Assembly: GCA_965645245.1 (NCBI GenBank)
Contig: OZ287084.1
Location: 1,054,001 to 1,118,000, forward strand
Reading direction: 5' to 3'
DNA from: Massalongia carnosa
Taxonomy: Eukaryota
DNA length: 64,000 nt
In this document: positions 11,897-21,363 of the stretch, piece by piece
How positions within the stretch are numbered: position 1 is the first letter of the stretch
Layout: each line of letters begins with the position of its first letter
Translations under genes and position numbers: made by a program
Notes under the pieces: generated by a model
Told to the model about the DNA's origin: nothing
The model's database searches: none
The model's input: the letters and a program-made list of their open reading frames with translations, nothing else

Positions 11897-12491
11897 TTAT
11901 TATTAATTCATTTATTTTTTATTAATTCATTAAGCGTATGCATCCTAAGGATATGACGCTGTGACTGCTATTTATGTACATAAACAATAGTCAGGAAGTG
12001 GAAACCTGGCGCCCAGGGTCAAACCACTCCCTTGTTCCATGTTGAACGCAACGAGACCGTCCTTCTACCACGCGGTGCATACACCCAGATCTTCAAGCGC
12101 TAGGAATCCTATAGACTCGATGAACTAGACAGTGTATTTCCACACGTTCGACGAACGTTCTCTCTCTTTAAACGTTTTGATTCAATGGAGAAAAGACTGG
12201 CCGTGATCGAGGGCAGATCGTGGTGTCGTATAAATGAAGGTGTGTAAGTGTGGCCATTCTAAATGAATGGGCTTTTTCGATGAGGTGAAAGGCTTCCGCC
12301 TGAGGGGTGTGGCCATTCCGAATGAATGGGCTTTGTATGTGTGCCTTCGAGGTGACGAATGATCAGTAGAGACGTTGATCGTTCAAATGGCCACCGAGGT
12401 GGACTTCCGCGTTGGCGATGATCAGATATTGGCCACCTCCGAGGAGGTGTTGATAGCCTGCACCACGTAGAGGTTTCTGACCCAGCAGGCC
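11897..12491 (-). mobile_element. SINE-like non-autonomous non-LTR element (595 bp)
   Basis: 13-bp TSD GAATTCCYGCGGA (11884-11896 and 12492-12504), A-rich tail, 3' end similar to the LINE family, no credible ORF. Confidence 0.9.
12420..12491 (-). ncRNA. HDV-like self-cleaving ribozyme (predicted) at the SINE 5' end
   Basis: P1 GGCCUGC/GCAGGCU, P2 GGUCAGA/UCUGAUC, P3 ACC/GGU with L3 UCUACGU, P4 CACCUC/GAGGUG, J4/2 GCCAA. Confidence 0.85.
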
Positions 12492-12668
12492 GAATTCCCG
12501 CGGAGTTGCTGATTATGCGGGATGTTGCGTTCAAAGCCAAACATTGAGGACTTCAGGCCAGTACAGTTGTCGAAGATGAGATGCTTTGTATGGGCTGGAT
12601 GAATAACAACACCGTTCAAATCATGACTACTCGTCATCATCCTCGAGATCTTGACAGTTCGTACTATT

Positions 12669-12950
12669 TGTCACGATTCTACTCGGCACGACCTCGGCAC
12701 TCGGATGAATTCGGCACCGCCTAGGGCAAACCGTAGATGGAACGCGCAGGAACTTTCGATTTCGTTCCCGCACCTTCGATTTTGTTCCAGCAGTCACGAG
12801 AAGATTCCATCGCGACTATACCACATGGGTATTAGCGCAATAGTGGATATATAGGGGAAGGTTCGGGTTGTCAATTATCTTTTTCCTTCCTCATCTTTAT
12901 TGTATTCGTTTCTAGTGTCCCTATGACTTGTCTCTAGGTAGATCATAACA
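12669..12950 (+). repeat. 5' LTR
   Basis: TG...CA, direct repeat of 19015-19296, TATA-like GATATATAG near 12846. Confidence 0.97.
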
Positions 12951-13101
12951 TTACAATAAAGATCAAACTTACCCTGCTATCCTACGTGAGGGATATAAAA
13001 GAACTCACCCGAAGAACGAAACCAGAAGAACCCAGAACCCAAACGACGAACTGAACGAAACACGAAGAACCGAAGAAACCGAAGATCGCCACAGTGTTGG
13101 C

Positions 13102-13204
13102 ACCAGAACCAGAACCCGAACCCGAACCAGAACCCGAACCAGAACCCGAACCAGAAACCGAACCAGAAACCGAATCAGAAACCGTACCAGAACCGAACCA
13201 GAAC
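13102..13204 (+). repeat. Degenerate hexamer array (AGAACC/CGAACC) in the gypsy leader
   Basis: Read directly. Confidence 0.85.
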
Positions 13205-13240
13205 TAGACATAGACACCGAAGGAGGCCTCCCCTATAGCG

Positions 13241-14482
13241 ATGGCACGATCCACAGGAACCGGGATTGAACTCCCAACTCGACGAGAATCGATGATCCCG
13301 ACGACCCAGGAGACAGATGACGAATTGGAGGTAACGGAACCTCTGATGATCGAGAACTTTCGACAACTGAAGGCATGGATGAAGCACGACGGCCAGGCTG
13401 TGTCCGACATGCTTCAGGAACTGAAGAAAGCCTATAACGACTCCATCGACCGAAGCAATCTCGCCACCGACATGGCCGAAAGCTTCCAGAAAAGAATGAA
13501 CCAGCTAGAAGGAATTGTCGAATACCAAAAGGAAGAACTGAGGGAAGCACGTCGCCAGGCTTCCGAAACACCAACCGACAAAACACGAGAGCAGTCTCGC
13601 CCTCATTCTCCTTCTCGGACACCAAGCACTCAACGGACCGACGGCACCAATGACAAGAAGAAGTCCATGAAGCTCCCTGATCCTCCCATTCTTACTGATG
13701 GAAAAGAGATTTCCATTGACCATTGGCTGACGAAGATGCGGAGTAAATTAGCGGCCAACGAGGACCATATGCCTACGGAAGTGCTGAAGAAGGCGTACGT
13801 AGAGAACCGAGTCGGAGGAGAAGCCATGGGGCACCTCGAACCCCGACTCCGAAAAGGTGCAATTCGCCCCTTTGTGACGGCCGAAGAAATGTTCGACCAA
13901 TTGGAACGCACCTACGGCGACCCCAACCGAAAACAAAACGCCATGAACAGCTTCCGAGCCCTCAAGCAAGGAAGCAAAGACTTTAACACCTTTTGGGCTG
14001 AGTTCCAGCGCCTAGCAGCTGAGTTAGAGCATAACGAGGCCACGCTAATCAGCGAGTTGAAGTACAAGCTTTCCTGGGAAATGTCACGACAATTGGCCAC
14101 CGGCGACCAGGCACCAACCGACCTCTATGCGTTTGCGCAAAAGTGCCAACGCTTATACCAGGACCTCAAGGACTCGGACCGGAGTAAGGCTAGTATGGAA
14201 CGTTATGCTGAAAGACGTTCTAGCACGGCTCCGACCCCCAGCGCCATGGCCACGAGAACGACGACTTCCACCAAGACCTACGTACCACCTCGACCCTTCA
14301 CCAGCACTCCGACCACTAGAACCACCTCTTACATGACGGAGGAGGAGAAGGAACGACTGACTAGAGAAGGTCGTTGTTTCTTTTGCAAAGAAACTGGACA
14401 TATATCGAGGGACTGCGAGAAGAAGACTCGGCCAGCGAAAGTGCAAGAAATCGCTGAGGTTGCCGACTCGGGAAAAGAATGA
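13241..14482 (+). CDS. Gag (retrotransposon capsid and CCHC zinc knuckle)
   Basis: 413-aa ORF with KLPDPP, LKQG and CFFCKETGHISRDC. Confidence 0.95.
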   Translation: MARSTGTGIELPTRRESMIPTTQETDDELEVTEPLMIENFRQLKAWMKHDGQAVSDMLQELKKAYNDSIDRSNLATDMAESFQKRMNQLEGIVEYQKEELREARRQASETPTDKTREQSRPHSPSRTPSTQRTDGTNDKKKSMKLPDPPILTDGKEISIDHWLTKMRSKLAANEDHMPTEVLKKAYVENRVGGEAMGHLEPRLRKGAIRPFVTAEEMFDQLERTYGDPNRKQNAMNSFRALKQGSKDFNTFWAEFQRLAAELEHNEATLISELKYKLSWEMSRQLATGDQAPTDLYAFAQKCQRLYQDLKDSDRSKASMERYAERRSSTAPTPSAMATRTTTSTKTYVPPRPFTSTPTTRTTSYMTEEEKERLTREGRCFFCKETGHISRDCEKKTRPAKVQEIAEVADSGKE

Positions 14483-17400
14483 CCTCCACCGAAGGCGCGG
14501 ATGGAGGTGAACCTTTGTTGATTTCATCTAGCTGTTTACCAGGCGATTTGTTTACGGATGAACCTCTAATCATACAGTGTAGGCTAGGTAACAGCGAAGA
14601 AATGAAAGTAATGGGACTGTTGGACACTGGTGCTACAGGACATGCTTTTATTGATGAAGTAACAGCGCGTGAAGTTTGTGAAAAGCTTCAAATCTCCCCT
14701 CAGAGACTGACACGACCGAAACCGGTGAAAGATTTTGATGGTAAACGGGGTAAAGACATCACCCATGCCATCTACCCCACCCTGACCGTACAAGACCACA
14801 AAGAGACGGTGGCGCCTCTTCTGATCACCACACTAGGCCAACATAAGATGATCCTGGGCAAACCATGGACGAGGAAACATGGAGTAGTTATCGACATGGC
14901 CCTGGACAAGATAATCTTCTGGCCCGGCCACTGTTCCCATCCAGGCGCACCCAAACCACTCCAGAAGCAAGAAACGACGAAGACCCCGAAGACTACAGAA
15001 CCCAGAAAGGTTATGAAGATATTGACACGGACCCAAGAAGAAAAGACAGAACAGAAAGAACCCGAAAAGACCAAACCAGAACAGTCTATGCAGTCGAATG
15101 TGGTAGCTGACAAGGCTGTTGTTAGACTAACAGAAAGACTAACAGACTTTCCATCTACCGAAACTGTAGATGGACATTCAACCGAAGATAAGCCGATAGA
15201 GATGGCCATGATAGGGGCTGCTGCGTATCGACTGCTCTCCAGACGAAAGGACGTCGAATTATTCTCCATTTCCTTGAAAGACATCGAGTATCAGCTCAAC
15301 AAAGAAGACCGCCCACCGACTGACCCGAAGACGGTAGTTCCCCCGGAATATCACGAGTTTTTGGACGTCTTTTCTGTTGAACAAAAAATCAACCAGGCAT
15401 ACGGCAGCGGGATGCAGGAGAAGAGGGTCTAGGGCTATCAAGGATAGGCAAAGAGAAGTGCTTGGCAAACGTGATGCAGGTACTCCGTATTTCCAGTGAA
15501 GATACTCCAAATTTAGCTATCTGCTGCACTGAATTCTGAACGACTGAATAGCTAAATTACATGAGGAATCATCGTCTCTTTATACTGCTTGAGGGCCTCC
15601 ATCTCGGCCTATATCAAATGCATGAACCTGCTTCCTTTGAACCTTTTCAGCTGGGCAAAATACACCTCGTTGCTGACCGGAGACACCGAGACACTCAGTG
15701 ATCATGAACAGCTGAATTGCCTCCGAAATGTAGCATTCTTGCTGCATACTTTTGCCTCCTCGTAGTTGCCGAAGTCGTGCCGATATCTGAAGCTTTTCGC
15801 ATATAGCATATGATTGCCTAAACTGGAAATTAGTAAGCAGGAGGCAAAAGAACCTCGGTCGCAAATATTCAGGTATCTCGGCAAATTCCAATATTTTCCA
15901 AGGCCGCATCGGACACGCTGGCACCTCACCGACCCTATGACCATCGTATTATTCTGGAAGGAGGAAAAGATCACGGGCATAGCCCACTTAGGAGTATGTC
16001 GCAAAGAGAGCTCGAATTCGTCAAGAAATACCTCGAGGACAACCTTCGAAAGGGGTTTATCGAGGCCAGTCACGCTGCTTGCTCGTCCCCGATTCTTCTA
16101 GCCAGAAGCCTAATGGAGGACTTCGCTTTTGTGTCGATTATCGACGGTTGAACCAGTTGTCAAAGAAAGACCGCTATCCAATTCCCCTGATAGGAGAAAC
16201 GCTGGCCCAGCTGAAAGAGGCCAAGATCTTTTCGAAAATCGATATCCGACAAGCGTTTCACAAACTCCGAATGGCTATGGAATCTGAAGATTTGACCACG
16301 TTTAACTCCCGTTTCGGTGCTTATAAATACAAGCTATTACCGTTTGGACTTTCCGGAGGACCATCGACCTGGCAGCACTTTATCAATGACGTGTTGTTTG
16401 AATATCTGGACAAGTTCTGCACGGCTTACCTAGACGACATCTTAATTTATAGCAAGAATCTGAAAGAACATCGGGAGCATGTACGGGCCGTTCTATCAAG
16501 ACTTCGAGAAGCAGGACTCCAAGCGGACGTGGACAAATGCGAGTTCCACGTGACGGAAACGAAATATCTGAGACTGATTATCGGTGTTGATGGCATTCGT
16601 ATGGACCCCGCCAAAGTCAAGGCCATTCAGGAATGGGAAATTCCGACCTGCCTACGGGAGGTTCGTTCGTTCATTGGTTTTTGCAATTTCTATCGCCGGT
16701 TCATCAGAGGATTTTCCAAGATCGCCAAACCGCTGAATGCGTTGACAAAGAAAGAACGAATATTCGAATGGACCCCCGCATGTGAAAAATCTTTTCGAAC
16801 TCTACAGAAACGAATTGGAGAAGCCCCAATCCTGATACATTTCGATCGGAACAAACAATGCTATCTGGAAACGGACTCATCAGATCATGTCAATGGCGGC
16901 GTGCTCTCCCAGATCGGTGACGACGGAGAGTTACACCCGGTGGCTTTCTTTTCGAAAATCATGAGCCCGGCCGAGTGTAATTACGAAATATACGACAAGG
17001 AACTGCTAGCGATAATTCGCTGCTTCGAGCAATGGAAACCCGAACTGGAAAGTACGGACTTGCCAGTGAAGATCTTCACCGATCACCGAAGTCTAGAATA
17101 TTTCATGTCAACTAAGAAACTAACTAGACGACAAGCTCGCTGGGCGGAGTTCCTCTCGGAGTTCAATTTTGTCATTACATATCGACCCGGAAAGAAGAAT
17201 GAGAAAGCGGACGCCCTGACTCGAAGACCAAATGACAAACCCCAGGACGATGATGACGAAAGGCAGCAACACCAGCTGCAGACACTGTTACCCCCTGAAA
17301 GATTTGAACTTCAACCAATCGAAGAAGCAACGGAACCGGAAGCAACGGAATCAGAAGAAACCCCCGACCAGGACCCACCGACCCTGGACGAACGAATAAA

Positions 17401-18869
17401 ACAGGAAAACCTGGAAGATGAACTTTGCACCAGAATCAGGAAAGCCATAGAAAGAACCGACACCACCGACGACTCGTTACCCGACATAAAGAATTGCATC
17501 GTGGAAAACGGACTGTTATATAAGCAAAAGCGCTTATGGGTCCCGAACAAGAAAGAAACGATCCTAGAAGTCGTTCGGATAATACACGACCAAATAGCAG
17601 TAGGACACCCCGGAATCGCCAGGACTAGTCAGATACTCCGTAGTCTCCCGAAATTACTATTGGCCAAACATGAACAAGGACATCCATCGCTATGTACGAA
17701 ACTGTCATGTTTGCCGGCGCGCAGAAGCACCTCGGGACAAGTACAATGGACTACTGAAGCCACTGCCCATCCCAGAGAGACCATGGAAGGATATCACCCT
17801 CGACTATGTGACCGGACTCCCGAAAAGCAAAGGAAATGACGCTATCCTGATGGTAGTGGACCGGATGTCAAAGGAAAGACATTATATCCCGTGCACATGC
17901 AGCGAGGAAGGCACAATAGCAGAGGCCACAGCGAAACTCCTTATCGACAATGTATGGCGCTATCATGGACTCCCGAACAGCATGCTATCCGATCGAGGAC
18001 CGCAGTTCGTCTCAGCAGTATGGAAGGCCTGGTGCAAAATTCTCGGAATTACAGCAAAACTGTCAACAGCCTATCACCCAGAAACAGACGGACAAAGCGA
18101 AATCGCGAATCAGGAAATGGAGCGTCACCTCCGGAGTTTTGTGAACTACAGCCAGGATGACTGGACGGACCTGCTTCCAATGGCCGAGTTCGCTGCCAAC
18201 AACGCACCCTCAGCCACTACAGGGCTTTCACCGTTCATGGCCACCAAAGGGTATGAGCCAAGAATGAGCTTCGATCCGACCGAGCTTTCCGCAGACTCCA
18301 CTAAGGAAAGACTAGCCAACGAAAAAGCCAGAGCCATTACTGACGACATGAAAAAGGTATGGGACTTTGTTCAACAAAACATGAAGAAATCCCAAGAACG
18401 ACAAGCAATAGCGGCAGACCGGCATCGAACTGAATTCTCGTACAGCGAAGGAGACATGGTGTGGTTATCCACAAAGAACATCAAGACGGAGCGTACCGCC
18501 AAAAAGCTGGATCACAAAATGATTGGTCCCTACAGAGTCAAGAAACTAGTAGGATCTTCCTGCCAATTGGAACTCCCACCGTCAATGAAAATCCATGATG
18601 TCTTCGACACCAGCCTACTTCGGAAGGCCTCCGACGACCCACTTCCAGGCCAGATTAACGAACCACCACCGCCAGTAGTGGTTGAAGGGAACGAGGAATG
18701 GGAACTAGATGACATCCTGGATGCACGAAGACGCTACCGAAATATTCAATTCAAGGTCAAATGGAAGGGAATAGACGAAGATTTGACATTGTATGATGTA
18801 GAAGGCTTCGAAAATGTAAATGAGATAGTGGAAGAATTTTACAAACGAAACCGAAGAAGCCAACGATGA
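14479..18869 (+). pseudogene. Pol (protease, RT, RNase H, integrase, chromodomain), disrupted
   Basis: Motifs LLDTGA, YLDDILI, ETDSSD, H-H-C-C, SDRGPQF, TDGQSE, GPY and KVKWKG. Broken by a solo LTR (15375-15893) and frameshifts near 16105 and 17636. Confidence 0.95.
15375..15893. mobile_element. Solo LTR (519 bp) inserted in gypsy pol
   Basis: TGTTG...CAATA with TSD TTTTC (15370-15374 and 15894-15898). Removing it restores EFLDVFSKAASDTLAPHR. Confidence 0.85.
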
Positions 18870-19014
18870 TCGCCTGCACGCTAATCGAATTGATCATCCA
18901 ATCTGTCACGTGATGAAACGGACGAACGAAAAAGGAACAGCTCGACAATAAAACCCCGGAGATAACGCGGATTTTATCGCGGTCAGGTGACTCGCGATCT
19001 AAAGCGGGGGGTAG

Positions 19015-19296
19015 TGTCACGATTCTACTCGGCACGACCTCGGCACTCGGATGAATTCGGCACCGCCTAGGGCAAACCGTAGATGGAACGCGCAGGAACT
19101 TTCGATTTCGTTCCCGCACCTTCGATTTTGTTCCAGCAGTCACGAGAAGATTTCATCGCGACTATACCACATGGGTATTAGCGCAATAGTGGATATATAG
19201 GGGAAGGTTCGGGTTGTCAATTGTCTTTTTCCTTCCTCATCTTTATTGTATTCGTTTCTAGTGTCCCTATGACTTGTCTCTAGGTAGATCATAACA
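19015..19296 (+). repeat. 3' LTR
   Basis: Follows the PPT AAAGCGGGGGGTAG and is followed by the TSD CTATT. Confidence 0.97.
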
Positions 19297-19471
19297 CTAT
19301 TTACATCCGCTGAAAAGACATGGTATTCCAGAAGACTCCGCTCAACAAATTATACCTTATTACCTATCGATCTATACTCACACAACTTTGATGCTTGATC
19401 AATCATTTTTATGGCCGTTGGGCTTACCGATTCCCGCGTCAATCAGAGACTACAATCTTTACATAGGCGGT

Positions 19472-20497
19472 TGTAAAGGGGTACGAGACCAGTAAGCTAA
19501 TCACGAGCGACACTGATCTCGAAAGGGGAAATACTCAGCGTGAGAGGTGAAAGATAGCTACTACGTGCTGGTCTCCCAGAGTATACGTGATCCAAAGGAC
19601 TAACGGATATGGAAGTGCTTAGACCAAGAGATCTCGTCCGAGACCTAAACGTAGGTTTTTCATAGAATAAAGACTAATTGCTAACGAATACTACAGGATT
19701 CGTTCTGGTATTTATCCTACTCACCCCAAGCCTATAGCCTTGGGAGCCTTGGAACCTTAGGAGCCTTGCAACCCACTTCTGACCTTATCGTCTTACATTC
19801 AACCATCACTCAGGATCCATCCACGAACTCGACTTTTGCTAGATCATTTAGTCAGATTCGAGCAGCCTTCTAGATCTTCCCTTGCAAGGTAGAACAGTTC
19901 TACCTCCGCTAAATCCCTCGCCACATTGCTAGCCTGCCTCTAAATATTAAGTCTAGAGGCCGAGGCTATGTAGCTTTATTTCGCCGTCACCACTACCAAC
20001 GTAGCGATAGAAGGTTATATCCGACTGAATCTCTCTCTACACTGCGGACCTGCCTCTAGAAACAAGGTCTAGACAACAAGGTTATATAGGTTCATTAAGC
20101 CGACATCACTACCAGCGTAGCATTTAAGTTTGAAGCTGAAGTTTACACCGGGGAGGCCGAGCTCAAGCTGCGTCTAGCTAGCCGTGCCTCCTGCTACAAC
20201 TCTTGATCCATCAAGAGATCGAGTAGCTCCGAGTTTGCCAGTAGATTCCATATAGAGTTGACGGCTAGTGTCCACAGGCGTTCGCTTTACACTCCATGGC
20301 AATCTACCACCGCGGCCTCGACAGGTGTTTGATCTGTAAGCAGTCTAGAACGTAGTAACAACTAATTCGGAGTTGTGTGGCAAGGTGCCGTCATGCCTCG
20401 ACGGCTATGGGACTAAGTATTACGGCTTGGCTCATGCTAGTTAATCCCGCAACCGCCGTAGGCGATCACGTATCCCTCTAGCGCTATCCGTATTACA
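19472..20497. mobile_element. Large solo LTR-like insertion (1026 bp)
   Basis: TGTAA...TTACA with TSD GCGGT (19467-19471 and 20498-20502). Interrupts piggyBac A. Confidence 0.8.
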
Positions 20498-20588
20498 GCG
20501 GTTCAGATGGCAATGCATAATAAAGAGCGGTTTATTTATATAAACGTAGAAGTGATCGGTGTTGTTCTTCTTTTTATTAGATTCTGCT

Positions 20589-20733
20589 TGTCACGATTCT
20601 ACTCGGCACCACCTCGGCACCACCTCGGTACCGCTTAGGGAATCGTAGATAGAACACGTAGGCACTTTCGATTTAGCTACTAGAAGGTTCCTTGACGACT
20701 ATACCACATGGGTACTAGCGTAGTAAAGGATAT
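20589..20733 (+). repeat. Partial LTR, diverged relative of the 12669 gypsy LTR
   Basis: Shares the TGTCACGATTCTACTCGGCAC start and GACTATACCACATGGGTA. Cut by the next insertion. Confidence 0.85.
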
Positions 20734-21363
20734 TGTCAGGGGAGGGCTGCAGAGATACAAGACTCTATCTTGCAGAATAGATATCTAGATATGCTAAAAC
20801 TAGAAATTGAGAATAATACACAAGACATCCGATGAAGAGCACTAAATACCTGGGAAACCATATAGACTTTATAGCCATGGCTTTCAACTCTCCTATTCTC
20901 GACTTGCGCCATCTCTGTTCCTATACTAATTTCCTTTACATGATTGCTTTGACCTATCCCGTTTTTATCTGTGCTGAAGTTCTCTCAGTAATAAGCCTAG
21001 ATAGTGGAGACGTTGAGATTGGATACGGATTGTAGGAGATTAATAGTGCGTTGAGGGTAGCAGAAGAACGCCTGAGCACGATGGGTGAGGTTTCACAGAA
21101 ATGGTCCCTGTTAAATACTAACCCGATCAGGACAAGCTGGAGGGTGCTGTAACGGTTCGACCAAGCGTGGTGCGGACGGCAGGACCTACAGCGAACACAA
21201 CAGGAGTCCCAGTTATCCCTCTCGCTGGTGAATTGGCAACTCCCTCCCGCACTAGCTGTTAGTCGCATAGTATTAGTAAGCAAGAACACCAAAATTTGTT
21301 TACTTTCTACCTCAAAACAATCACCATTATTATCATTAGGAAAATAAATCTCCTTACCATCAA

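Larger units (their letters stand above)
12669..19296 (+). mobile_element. Ty3/gypsy chromovirus LTR retrotransposon, full length
   Basis: 282-bp LTRs (12669-12950 and 19015-19296, 2 differences seen), TSD CTATT, PPT 19001-19014, order gag-PR-RT-RH-IN-chromodomain. Confidence 0.97.
6450..20588 (+). mobile_element. piggyBac-like element A, decayed transposase in five pieces (about 6450-7002, 11456-11896, 12492-12668, 19297-19471, 20498-20588)
   Basis: Motifs PEIEVFL, EDYW, RRFQQIKRFL, ISIDEQLIKFKG and DNFFTS. The pieces rejoin colinearly with copy B (21217-24311). Termini not found. Confidence 0.85.

Noticed and set aside
11897..12491. tRNA-derived SINE head or protein-coding ORFs 12259-12540 and 12422-12640
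   Set aside because: No A/B boxes or cloverleaf at the 5' end. The ORFs cross element boundaries and have no motifs.
19472..20497. Classical RIP across the window
   Set aside because: This LTR looks TA/CTAG-rich by eye, but many nonsense changes elsewhere are TGG-to-TGA and young LINE copies are open. It cannot be supported without computing RIP indices.
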